Shown here one piece after another: positions 1 to 11,849 of a stretch of 64,000 bases of DNA (positions are counted from its first letter, which is position 1; every line of letters begins with the position of its first letter). Origin of the DNA: Mytilus californianus (Eukaryota); NCBI RefSeq assembly GCF_021869535.1, contig NW_026262637.1, forward strand, positions 30,566,001-30,630,000, written 5' to 3'. The translations under genes and the position numbers were made by a program. Under the pieces are notes generated by a model. The model saw nothing but the letters and a program-made list of their open reading frames with translations. It searched no databases and was not told the DNA's origin.

Positions 1-32
1 AATATTGTTTCTGAGATACATTATAATATTAC

Positions 33-1636
33 CTGAAACTGTCCTTAAGTCTGCATCTACAGGTACAACTTTATCTATATCTAGGTCATCTATAGAAGGA
101 TTTGGGAATTTATTCACACTAAAAATAAATAATCTGAAAAACAAATAACACCATATAATATTTTCCACGAAATACCTGATGTACATTTTAATCAGGTAAA
201 TACATATCTCAGACTATCATGTGCCATCAATCCATTCCTATTTTTAGAATATTTTTGTTTTTAAATATTGGTAACAGAATAGACTAAACTTTCATATAAC
301 TGCAATAATTCTTAGATGGAGACCAATTAAGTTTGTAATCTTGACCTTTTGAAAAGCTTGAAATCCAAATTGTTCAGTTTATAGACATCTTCTGAGAGTT
401 GTAAACCCTCACAACTATCTGGTTTTGGGAAGAACACATAAATCAATAATCATCAATTAACTCCAAACTAAAGATATACAGGGAACAGGACTTACAACTT
501 TTATATGGTTTTTCATCCAGACTATTAAGCTATAGATTTGGGTTTTTTTTTCAAATTACACCTCATTAGGGTTAAACACTCATACAATCATCCATTCACT
601 CCAAGTGTAATCCCAAAAATGGAAAAGACAGGATTTGTAGATATGGCCATACTTTGAACTAACTTTTATCCATTCATTTCAAGTGTTACCCCAAAAATAG
701 AAAAAACAGGATTTGTAGATATGGCCATACTTTAAAGTAACTTTTATCAATTCATTCCAAGTGTTACTCGAAAAATAGAAAAGACAGGATTTGTAGATAT
801 GGCCATACTTTGAACTAACTTTAAAGCTTTATTTAAATCTGTTCCCCATAAAACCAGCCAATAATGATGAATGAAGACTCTAACCAACTATGAACAATTA
901 ACTCCATGGGATATTTCCTGGATAATCAATTTATTGTAGTGTAAGATTTACTTGATGTTCAAACTTACCATAACCTGTCAACCACAAAAGATGTCCAGCC
1001 CTAATAATTGGTAATTTATAGTAACATGGATTAACACATACTCATCAGTTTGGCTTCAGATTGCCTTATGCTTAATTCAAATAAACATATAAAAAAAACA
1101 ATAAATATAAAGATCAAAACCTTTCAACATGTTATTTTTTCAATGTAATCCTTTTTTGAGATGTAAAAAGATTAGGCATGAGGAAAAATCAAGAAAAGTG
1201 TTAAGATCACTTACCAGTATTTATAACTTTACTTCTAAAATTAATTATTTAAGTGATTTAAAAGAAGTGGTTTCAAATTATGATACCATTTCAATTTTTA
1301 TCCCATAACTTAATAAGTGACACTGAAATCACTTGTAGTAGTTTTACAGTCAAATTGTAAATTTCCTCATTCTGTACAATTTTTTTTTTAAATGCGTATT
1401 TAACTGTTTTTTACATGTACTTGTAAACTGATATGTTACCAAGTGTACCTATAATACATTTTACCTTTAAATGTAAACAAAAACGTCTAGCAACTCATAA
1501 TAATCAACAGCTGGTTTATAATTACTATAGTAAGTGTAGGATAAAAGATCAATACACACAGCATGAAACACTTTGTCATTAAAGACTGCATCGAATCTGA
1601 ATGTCAATTCATAAGACATAACATCAGTTTTCCAAT
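33..1636 (-). pseudogene. Unidentified multi-exon gene or pseudogene (3' part; continues left of the window)
   Basis: AG/GT-bounded minus-strand segments at 1636-1526, 1234-1215, 1000-969, 917-809, 418-346, 237-204 and 89-33. The first five join in phase to give DWKTDVMSYELTFRFDAVFNDKVFHAVCIDLLSYTY-KVKL*IL-GWTSFVVDRLW-KYPMELIVHSWLESS...GTDLNKALKLVQ-NSCEGLQLSEDVYKLNNLDFKLFK, but only with one TAA and one 1-nt frameshift. The last two segments do not join in phase. No family recognised. Confidence 0.35.
601..822. repeat. Tandem repeat, 78-bp unit x3
   Basis: GGATTTGTAGATATGGCCATACTTT recurs with GGCCAT at 645, 723 and 801. Confidence 0.9.
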
Positions 1637-1640
1637 CTTA

Positions 1641-2021
1641 TAACCTTGACCAGATAAACCAGAAAATCACAGAAATTTCTTATAACCTTGACCAGATAAA
1701 CCAGAAAATCATAGAAATCTCTTATAAACTTGACCAGTTAAACCAGAAAATCATAGAAATTTCTTATAACCATGACCAGTTAAACTAGAAAATCATATAA
1801 ATTTCTTACAATCATGACCAGTTAAACTAAATGTACAAAATCATATAAATTTCTTATATAACCTTGACCAGTTATACAAGAAAATCATATAAATTCTTAT
1901 TACCTTGACCAGTTAAACCAGTAAATCATATAAATTTCTTATATAACCTTGACCATTTAAACCATAAAATCATATAAATTTCTAATAACCTTGACCAGTT
2001 AAACCAGAAAATCATATAAAT
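1641..2021. repeat. Minisatellite, about 40-bp unit x9
   Basis: Unit TAACCTTGACCAG(A/T)TAAACCAGAAAATCATA(G/T)AAATTTCT repeated with small indels. Confidence 0.9.
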
Positions 2022-2769
2022 CTAGCTCCACTATTACAACTGATGTGGTATAAAGTTACTTTTGAATTATATTTAAAATTTCATATCTCTAATCATCTCC
2101 ATCATCATACATGTACATATCCAGGATAAATTTTTCTTTCGTCTTTCGGTTATTTGTGTCATTGGGTTGATATCTCATTGACATATAGCCCATATCTCCT
2201 TATTATTACTTTTCGGAGAAAATAGACAAACATGATACATGTACAAACAAAGACAAACAACAACCATTATAACATGGTACAGATAGCCTGACATGGTACA
2301 TATATATAATGTGTTGTGTGTAAAAAAGATTAATCAGAGCACAAGCCTCAAATGTTGCCTATCTTGATCATATTGCCATGAAAGTAAAACACACAATGAA
2401 AAACCTGCACTGTCCTCCTACATGTACACACAGAATGAAAAATAATCAAGTAAACATAAAACAGAACATAATTTGGAAAGCCAGGTCAACAAGTGCTTGC
2501 TACTACAGAAGACTAACAATGGTTAATAATAATAACAGTTATCTTTATTTCAAGAGAGTGAGTTCAATTAATACAATAACTATTCTTCCTTGACACTCTC
2601 ACAATTCATTAACTATGTACCACACAAAATTCTACATCACCAAAACAACATTATAAATAATACATAAAATAAAAGAAGAAAGTGTGTAGGGACAAAAATA
2701 CCCCTGCAAAAGCTTGCTTATAATACTTGAAAATACTCTTTGAGAGCATATGATGCCACTGCTAGTTAG

Positions 2770-3245
2770 AGTGTGGAAACAAAAACAATTGCCATTTTCC
2801 AAGTTATAAAGGGGGATAACTCTAGAGTAGAACAGTAAAATGACTCGCTGACCAAAATTGAACTCTGTCTGCGAGTTTTGGTTCATAGCATTGTGTATGA
2901 GTTTCATAAAATTTGCATGAGGCAGACTTAAATTAGTGCAGAATCAAAAAAATTTGCAATTTTTAAAATTATAAAGAACTCTAGAACAGTAAGTGACTCA
3001 CTGCCGAAATTCAGACTTTGTGATTCTTAGCATTGTGTAAGAGTTTCATAAAATTTGCATGAGGCAAACTTAAGTAAGGGTGAGGAAACGATAAAATATG
3101 CAATTTTCTGAGTTATATAGGGGCATTACTCTAGAATGATAAGTGACTCACAGCCCAAGTTCAGACTTTGACTGCGAGTATTGGTTCTTAGCATTTAGTA
3201 TGAGTTTCATAAAATTTGGATGACTAGCGAGGCAGCATAAAAATT
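2770..3245 (+). mobile_element. HINE/pearl-like non-autonomous element core (about 3 degenerate 150-190-bp units)
   Basis: Repeated units GGGGATAACTCTAGA...GTGACTC...CCAAAATTGAACT...AGCATTGTGTATGAGTTTCATAAAATTTGCATGAGGCA. The same core occurs once at 26060-26200. Confidence 0.6.
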
Positions 3246-4099
3246 TGCAATATTTATGTACATGTGATACTGTGAATAAACAGAACTATGCATATATGTT
3301 GCTATACAGTTATGAAAACATGTGGTCCTACATCCTGTAGATACTATATATGTACTTATATTTTGGCATTGCACAAGAGCTTACTTTTTCACACTGTTTA
3401 TAAGGTCTTTACACTTAGATACTTTAGTCTGGGAGAATTTTTTACATCACTGTCCTAGGTAATTGGAGGGTTGAGTGATCACAAATGTGCTATCCCCCCT
3501 GCCCCTCATATTCTATTATAGATACAAGGAAATTGGCTGTACTTAAAGTTGTAGAATTCTTATTACAAAAGGGATGTTATGTCTAAAATTTAAGGGTGAT
3601 GTTGTTAATAGAGCCCATAAATTTAGAAAAGATCCATGTAAACTCTTTGACCCTTTGAATAAACTTCTTTTTAAATGTTATCTATTATAAACACTGTCAT
3701 AAAATTTTTCAAAATAGTTTTAATTGGTATTTACATTCATTTTGTTTCTGTTAAATTTAAATATACCGTAACTAAATATGTATTGCTATAGTTACATGTA
3801 TGAAAATTTATGATCCTACATCTTGTCAACACTTTATGTACATACTAATAGTATGACATTGCACAAGGTCATTTTTTTCTCAAGACTGTTTATGACAGTC
3901 GGATGTTTCCTGATTGATACTTTTATAGCTGACTATACCAAACTAGAGGCTCTCAAGAGCCTGTGTCCCTCACCTGACTCTACTTTGGTTTTAGAAATCA
4001 TGTAAAGATAGATAAAAATCATAACAGATACCCAAATAATGATTGAGGCCAAATTTGGATTAATATTGGTCCCGTTATTTAATAAAATATCCTGGTGGC

Positions 4100-4929
4100 C
4101 ATCTTGAACAGTAAATCGGCAACAAAGTAGCAACACTTGGTCAGCACCTCATAAGGAACATTCATGCCATGTTTGGTTTCATTCCATTCAGTGGTACTCT
4201 AAAAGAAGACATTTGTATGTATTTCCAATAGGGTCCTATGTTAGACTAAGCCCCCCCCCCCCTAGCGGCCATCTTGGATGATGGATCCACTGCAAAGTAA
4301 CAACACTTGGTCAGCACCTCATAAGGAACATTCATGCCATGTTTGGTTCCATTCCATTCAGTGGTTCTCTAAAAGAAGACATTTGTATGTATTTCCCGTA
4401 GGGTCCTATGTTAAACTAAGTCCCCGCTGTCGGCCATCTTGGATGATGGACCGACTACAAAGTAACAACACTTGGTCAGCACCTCATTAGGAACATTCAT
4501 GCCATGTTTGGTTTCATTCAATTCAGTGGTTCTCTAAAAGAAGACATTTGTATGTATTTCCCGTAGGGTCCTATGTTAAACTAAGTCCCCCACTGGCAGC
4601 CATCTTGGATGATGGATCGGCTGAAAAGAAACAACACTTGGTCAACACCTCATAAGGAACATTCATGCCATGTTTGGTTCCATTTCATTCAGTGGTTCTC
4701 TAAAAGAAGACATTTTGTATGTATTTCCCGTAGGGTCCTATGTTAAACTAAGTCCCCCACTGGTGGCCATCTTGGATGATGGATCGGCTGCAAAGTAACA
4801 ACACTTGGTCAGCACCTTATAAGGAACATTCATGCCATGTTTGGTTTCATTCTATTCACTGGTTCTCTAAGAGAAGACATTTGTATGTATTTCCCATAGG
4901 GTCCTATGTTAAACTAAGTCCCCCGTTGG
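4100..4929. repeat. Satellite-like tandem array, about 166-bp unit x5 (left part)
   Basis: CAACACTTGGTC at 4131, 4301, 4466, 4632 and 4799; units are near-identical. Confidence 0.95.
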
Positions 4930-7679
4930 TTTTACTTAAACATCTGCAAAAAGAAGGATCCGCAACAGCGAAAATACTTGAGCGAGACCTTTATGTTGAT
5001 AACATTTTATCAAGCGTTACTGATGAAAAAGAAGCCATCAATTACTTCACAGAAGCAAGACAACTGATGCTAAAAGCTGGATTTAACCTTCGATCATGGA
5101 CTTCGAATAATGGACAACTTTGTCAGCAAGCCGCCAAAGAGGATGTATTAGACACCGACAAACAGACAAAGATCCTAGGAATGCGCTGGAACGTTGAAAA
5201 TGATGAACTTACGTATTCAAAACGGACAGTCGTACCAGCACAAGGAGATGAAAAAAGTATTACAAAACGTGAAATTTTGAAGGAATCATCTAAAATATAC
5301 GACCCGCTTGGATTATTGAGTCCAGTAAGCATTAGAGCTAAGATACTTATACAAGACTTATGGAAAGGAGGTTACGACTGGGACGAGATTTTACCACATG
5401 CGTTACTATCAGAATGGACCCGTTTAGCTCAAGACATAGAAACCGCTACAGAAACCACTTTTTCTAGGCACTATTTTGATGAGAGTAGCGAGTCATCGCA
5501 AAAAGTACTGCATGTATTTGTGGACGCAAGTATGAAAGCTTACGGAGCAGTTGCGTATTTAAACAACGAAAAGGACACTTCACTGGTAATGGCAAAAACA
5601 AGAGTGGCGCCTCTTAAAAAACTTACTTTACCACAACTAGAGTTAATGGCTGCAGTAATAGGAGCCCGTTTAGCATGTCATCTTCAAACTACATTAAAAT
5701 GTTCAAATATTACACTATGGTCAGATAGTCAAATCGTATTACAGTGGATAAAGACTACCAAAACATTAAAACGTTTCGTTTCAAATAGAATCAATGAAAT
5801 TAAGAAATTAACAGACAACTGTGAATGGAAGTATTGCCCGACAAATTACAACCCTGCTGATTTACTATCACGTGGTATGACTACGAAACAGTTCAAGGAA
5901 AGCACGTTATGGAGAAAAGGACCGATTTGGATAGGTGATAAATCAAAACACCCGAAAACATTTATAGAGATAAATACAGCTTTATCCGTATTTACCGACG
6001 ACGACAAAGAACCATTAGACGATGAAGAGAGCAAAACTTGCGAAAATGATATTCAGTATGGAATAGACAGAATTATAGATATTAACAATTATGGATCATA
6101 CAAGAAACTTTTGCGAGTGTCAGCCTTTGTCCATCGATTTATTCACAATTGTAGAACAGTCAAATCTTTTAGAAACGTTGAAGCAATGACACCAGATGAA
6201 CTACAGCAATCAACAATATTATGGATACGATGTTGTCAAGCGATAGCATACCAAGATGAAGTTCGCGCACTAAAGCTAAAACAGATACAGAAAACTAAAT
6301 TGCCACGACTTCAACAACTTCAGTTATATTTAGATAACAACGATTTAATGAGATGCAAAGGAAGAATTCATAATGCGCCAATACCCGAATCGGCAAAACA
6401 CCCTTACCTTTTACCGCCAAATCACCGATTATCGGAACTTATTGTATTAAACTCACACGAACTAGTTTTACATTCTGGAGTTAATGCCACGGTTACACAA
6501 GTTCGTCAAACATTTTGGATTCCGTCGTTGCGTCAATTTACGCGCAAATTACTATATAGATGTACAACATGTAAAAGAGTTATAGGAAAACCATACAGGG
6601 CACCAGACCCTCCTCCGTTACATAAAATACGACTTCAAGAAGCCCCACCGTTTACCGTCACTGGTGTAGATTTTTCTGGAGCTCTTCATATTAAGGAAAA
6701 GAACGGAACATTCATTAAAGCATACATATGTTTATTTACCTGTGCATCGACAAGAGCCGTTCATTTAGAGGTTGTACCCGACATGACAGAAGAATCATTT
6801 TTGTTAGGATTCAGAAGATTTACTTGTAAAAAATCCTTACCACATGTTATGATGTCAGACAACGCTACATCTTTTATTTCAGCATCACAAGAGATTAAAC
6901 AACTGTGTGAATCCCAGAAGATCAAAGAGACATTATCTACGCATGGAGTCGAGTGGAGATTTATCCCTAGCCGAGCCCCGTGGTTCGGAGGATGGTGGGA
7001 GAGACTTATTGCATTAACTAAAACGAATTTAAAGAAAATACTTGGACGTGCATTGATTAACATGGAGACACTGCAAACGTTAATTGCCGAAATTGAAAAG
7101 ATTTTAAATGATCGACCATTGACTTATGTATCTACAGACATTGATGACAGTGAACAATTAACACCGGCCCACCTACTATATGGTCGTCGTATTACATCTG
7201 TACCATATCCGAGAATTGAGATAGATAATATTGATGAAACTTACGTAATGAACACGTCTGATGCTTCAAAGCGTGCACAAAGACTTTCGTTTATAATTGA
7301 ACAATTTTGGAACCGTTGGAAGTCCGAATATTTAACAGCACTTAGAGAGTTTCATAAAAAGAGTGGAGACAACAAAATCAACATCCGGGTCGGAGATATT
7401 GTACAAGTTCATGACGACAAACCTCGAAATCGGTGAAAAATAGCAATTGTTGAAGAATTAGTTGTTGGAAATGATGGTTTAATCAGATCTGCAACTATCA
7501 GAACAAACAGTGGCCGTACGACTCGCCCAATCGTCAAACTTTATCCACTAGAGATCAACGAAGAGGAACTACCAAATAAAGCAGATGAGACGAATGAAGT
7601 TGATACCAGAAGAACAGTGCCTATGCGAAAGGCAGCTATGCGTGCAAAGGAGAACATTAAAACTTGGACAATATCTTAG
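4930..7679 (+). pseudogene. BEL/Pao pol remnant with one premature stop
   Basis: Open from the junction to TGA at 7434-7436 (CGG TGA AAA, where R-W-K is expected). The frame continues KIAIVEELVVGNDGLIRSATIRT...RPIVKLYPLEI to TAG at 7677-7679. Confidence 0.85.
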
Positions 7680-7863
7680 ACATTAATTTTGTGTCCGATT
7701 TTAAAATCGTTATAGAGACTGCTAATTTTTCATTTTATCATAGTGATTTCTAGAGACAGTAATTGCCCATCATATTTTAAAACATATTTTTTCGTTTCAT
7801 ATATGGACAGTTCAAGAAATATTTCAATTTTATACAAAGATATACTTTTGCGGCCCCCCAGTA

Positions 7864-8012
7864 TGTTGAGAATGTTAACTTTATGTTTCCCGTATTTACG
7901 TCTTATGTTTATGATGTTAATTTGTACCTTTGTATGGGGCCTTCGATATAGATTTTGATCATAAAAGTAACACAACGCAAAGTATAGAGTTTTATTCGTT
8001 TATTACAATACA
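7864..8012 (+). repeat. Putative 3' LTR of the BEL/Pao element (149 bp, TG...CA)
   Basis: Starts TGTTGAGAA just after GCGGCCCCCCAGTA and ends ...TTACAATACA exactly where the satellite resumes (ACTTGGTCAGC). No second LTR is available to confirm it. Confidence 0.6.
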
Positions 8013-8410
8013 ACTTGGTCAGCACCTCATAAGGAACATTCATGCCATGTTTGGTTTCATTCCATTCACTGGTTCACTAAAAGAAGACATTTGTATGTAT
8101 TTCCCGTAGGGTCCTATGTTAAACTAAGTTCCCCGCTGGTGGCCATCTTGGATGATGGATCGGCTACAAAGTAACAACACATGGTCAGCACCTCATAAGG
8201 AACATTCATGCCATGTTTGGTTTCATTCCATTCAGTGGTTCTCTGAAAGAAGTCATTTGTATGCATTTCCCATAGGGTCCTATGTTAAACTAAGTCCCCC
8301 GCTGGCGGCCATCTTGGATGATGGATCGGCTACAAAGTAACAACACTTGGTCAGCACCTCATAAGGAACATTCATGCCATGTTTGGTTTCATTCCATTCA
8401 GTGGTTCTCT
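8013..8410. repeat. Satellite-like tandem array, right part (about 2.4 units of 166 bp)
   Basis: Same unit as 4100-4929; unit marker near 8013, 8175 and 8341. Confidence 0.95.
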
Positions 8411-10566
8411 AGAAGAAGTTCAAAATGTAAAAAGTTAACGACGACGACAGACGACGCCGGACGCCAAGTGATGAGAAAAGCTCACTTGGCCCTTTGGGCC
8501 AGGTGAGCTAAAAAGAATTTTGCTCATTATTGAAGGCTGTACACTGCGTACAGTGAACTTCAGTTGCTTACATCTTTAAAGATATATTTTGTTCTCTGGT
8601 GCAGTTCTACTATTGGCAATCATACCACATCTAATTCTAATACTTGCCCTTTGGACCAACTTACCTGATTATATTCATATTCATGCATGAATTACCTTCA
8701 TATCATGCATATAGCATTAAAAAACTTGGTATTACTTACCCATGATCATCTTGTCTTGCTACAAGTGCTATGTACAACTGGACAGGCGCATGTGAAAAGG
8801 TATCTAACATCTTTCCATTGATGCAGTATTGAAGTTAAGGAATATAAATGTTAAATGTATAGTACTATGTTGATTCCCACATCACCAATATTGATTACAT
8901 AATTGTAGCCATACATGTATATTTTAAAACATGCATTAAACCATCTTAAAAAAAATCTTTAACATTAACAAGATAAATCTTCCATAAAGCAATATTTAAT
9001 TAAGATAAGTATCTATTCTTCTGCATGTTCAGTAATAGGGAAAACACAATTTATTGGCAATGGATCAGGGGTTCTACTATAACACCCCTTATACATGTAG
9101 TTATAGGGCCCTAAAAAGATGGATGAAGACATCAGTTGAAGAAAACTAACAATCATATTCAAACAAGTATTTTAAGTATCAATTGGGTTACTGTAATATT
9201 TATTTAAAATATTGATAGTATCATCAAAGTGAGAATTTTTTTTTCTATTGGTTCTGCTATGGGTTGCTATGCTCAATATGAACTTCATAAAAAAGAATAA
9301 TGATGACTTATAACTGTAAAGAATTAAGATCTCTGTCATAGTTGGTGCATGTCCGATCAATGGTTTTTATAAATATTTCATTGGTGGACAAAGAAATATT
9401 TTACAAAAATAAACAATGTTTGACAAGCCATTTGGTAAGGAATATAACTTTTTCAATGCAATACTAGATGGATGAAACATGAACACTAGGAAATGTTCAT
9501 CTCATTCAAATGAATTAACAAACTTATTTGCTGAAAAACCAAAATGTTTTGATGTACAGTTGACTGTAAACTCTCAAGTAACAAGAACCGGAAAAGTAAA
9601 TGAAAATATTTCTTAAAAAGTTGTTTCTTTTACATAACATACGACCAATCTTTCACCACATTTTTAACAATATTTAAAAAGTAAATTGTTTATGTCTCTG
9701 GGTTTCTTTACTTATAAATGCAGACTTGCTGGTTTATCAACCTGGAAAAAATGGAAAATCGCCATCAAAAGCAACTGTTGTAACCACCCAGCCCCAGGTG
9801 ATTAGATGTCGACAGACAGATCCGAAAGTGACTTCTTTACCCTAGTCGCCCAATTCGGCAATAGCTTGTGCACTGAAAAAAAAGGGCCAAAATTCTATGA
9901 CACACCCCACAAAAACCTCCTAAAAGAAACACTAAATTTAAGAGTTTTAGAGATTTTGGGTAATTCCACGTGCTGTTTAAGGTTTATTTTTAAGGATATT
10001 ATTATGCATTTCTCCTCTTTTGACAGGAACTTTTCCTCAATTTGCTTGGTGCTCATCGACATCTTTCTTGTACCAAACTTTCATCCATAACATATATTTG
10101 CTTCACTTTTTGTATGAGTATACCATAGACAAATATATATGTATTAACTGCTACGTTGTTGTCAAGAACTTCATAATATTGTCTCAAACGTTTGAAGCTT
10201 AGCTAATAAAATCGTCTGTTAAAACTAAAATTTTCTGTATAAACCTTGATGTGTCAATATATATCAACAGCTCTATTTCTTCAGTTGAAGCTTTGAATAG
10301 TCTTCTAGGAAAAATATTCAAAATTCTAATATTTTTAGCTTCAAAAGCAAAACCGTCTGCCAAATTTTGAAAACGGAAGTGACTTTGAGGATTTTGCCAG
10401 AATTAGTTTCGAACTTATAATGTGAATTAATAAACTACAACCAAACCGATTAAGTTGAAATATTTTCATTCTAATATAATTTTTTCATTCAACAAAATAT
10501 TGTCTTAGGTGGAACAAAGTGATACGAAAATATATAAATGTGCAACTCTGCTTGTATTTGTGTAAG

Positions 10567-10580
10567 GCTGCCAAGGAAAC
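10567..10580 (+). promoter_or_regulatory. RFX X-box-like motif, possibly upstream of a non-coding first exon of the D/D-domain gene
   Basis: GCTGCCAAGGAAAC resembles GTTNCCATGGNAAC. A donor-like AA|GTAAGA lies at 10725. The link to the acceptor at 14598 is inferred only. Confidence 0.3.
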
Positions 10581-11085
10581 AGACTACTTTAATCTTTCAC
10601 AAAAATATGTGAAAATACTTATTTCATATGGATTGACGACATATATAACGGTAAAATATTGATTTTGAAAACAATTGATTTCAACATTTCGACAAAATAA
10701 CCTGTAACAAGTGACATTGTCCAAGTAAGAATTTAAAAAATCAAAGCCGACAAAGGAACAAAACAATGATCTTTGTCCAGTTGTCATTTCTTCAGGAACA
10801 AAGAGACAAAGCAGTTTCATTTATTCCATCATTCAATGTATTTTACCACGTTATAGTTGTTTCTTTTTAGATAACATGTAAATCAGCCCTGTCAAAAACT
10901 TCTGTCAAGTTTTTGTTATAAGAATATTATGCATCTGGCCATTCTGGGTTTGTTCATCCTAATGCACGAGATTCCAATTCTTGTTTTATGAATAAACTGC
11001 GTCATAGGACATTGTGACGTAAAGATATTTGCTTTCCAACGTCAATTTTTTCCGGCAAAGAGACCTAATGGAAGATCATGTATAC

Positions 11086-11188
11086 TTATTCGCCAAGGCC
11101 AGACCGCTAATTTCCACATTCTAAAAGGTTCTTCCCCCTTATCATTATTTTGAACTGATTGCATATACGCTGCATCTATTGGCCTTTC
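11086..11188 (-). other. Candidate isolated coding exon (ERPIDAAYMQSVQNNDKGEEPFRMWKLAVWPWRI)
   Basis: Good acceptor TTTTGTTGTAG, 103-nt open frame, weak donor GTATAC. Could belong to the minus-strand gene at 33-1636, but I could not join it in phase to neighbouring candidates (8740-8810, 9710-9739, 11490-11638). Confidence 0.3.
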
Positions 11189-11849
11189 CTACAACAAAAC
11201 ATTACAAGTCATGTTTAATTTCCAAGTAAAATTTCTGACTTCAAAGTTGTTGTACATGTAATTATCATTAGTAAAAAAGACATCTGACAGCCACTATAAA
11301 GTGTTAGTCTGACAGAAAAATAGAGTTTGATTGCATATTTCCATTAAAATTAAATTATATAATCAAGTACATTGATATATATTGAACTGATGATTTGTAT
11401 AGTTTTATTAGTACTATACAAATCCTCGATTGAACTGATTATCAATTGCAGTTTTCATTTTACTGAAAGCTAATTACATAAAGATTATTGTATCTTTACC
11501 TTTAATTCCCTTCTCCATCATTTTGAATTCTGTCTACACCTCCAGAGTCCTATTTTTTCGATTCACTTGGAACGTGTTCAGAATGCAGTTCTGTTTTCTT
11601 TTATTGAACTTCTGATTGATTCTGTGGATTCTGAATATCTGGAACATGATTAATGGTGCTTTAGTCTTAGGTTGATTGTTGTCTCATTGGCTGTCTGCCT
11701 TGTTACATTAAATGCAGCATTGCTTTCTTGTTTAACAATTCCTACCTCCACTGGTATTTGGCAAGCCTGCAACTTTTGTTGCAGAAAACTCGACATAGGG
11801 ATAGTGATAGAGATTTTTTGTAATGTTAATTTCTCTCTTATTATGAGTA

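Larger units (their letters stand above)
4930..8012 (+). mobile_element. 5'-deleted BEL/Pao LTR retrotransposon (RT C-terminus, RNase H, integrase, 3' LTR)
   Basis: RT motif DLYVDN; Pao RNase H LHVFVDASMKAYGAVAYL...AKTRVAP...LPQLELMAA; integrase HHCC (HELVLHSG...CTTC) and core GVDF...SDNA...GGWWERL; C-terminal FWNRWKSEYL...RPIVKLYPLE. Domain order RT-RH-IN is that of BEL/Pao. No gag, protease or 5' LTR. Confidence 0.92.
3941..8512 (+). mobile_element. Helentron-associated non-autonomous element (HINE-like) with an internal 166-bp tandem array, interrupted by a BEL/Pao element
   Basis: 5' end AACTAGAGGCTCTCAAGAGCCTGTGTCCCTCACCTG. 3' end has a (GAC)n-rich microsatellite, then the hairpin AGCTCACTTGGCCC-TTT-GGGCCAGGTGAGCT and A-tract. 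Subterminal inverted CTCACCTG/CAGGTGAG. A related copy in the opposite orientation starts at 18490. Confidence 0.7.

Noticed and set aside
3250-3900. Old duplication of about 130 bp (about 3290-3410 versus 3780-3900)
   Set aside because: Highly diverged AT-rich sequence with no coding or structural signal; not informative.
4278-4490. Repeated short ORFs MMDRLQSNNTWSAP (also 8152-8340 and 8318-8506) as a peptide gene family
   Set aside because: They are translations of the satellite unit; the frame is broken in other units by 1-4-nt length changes.
5123-7063. Antisense ORFs over BEL pol (5123-5332, 5846-6034, 6761-7063), and similar ones over the ASB, BTB, LINE and dynein exons
   Set aside because: Shadow ORFs opposite real coding frames, with no recognisable motifs.
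4100-8410. Regular repeats resembling a CRISPR array
   Set aside because: Units are contiguous 166-bp near-identical monomers with no unique spacers and no cas genes, in a eukaryotic context.
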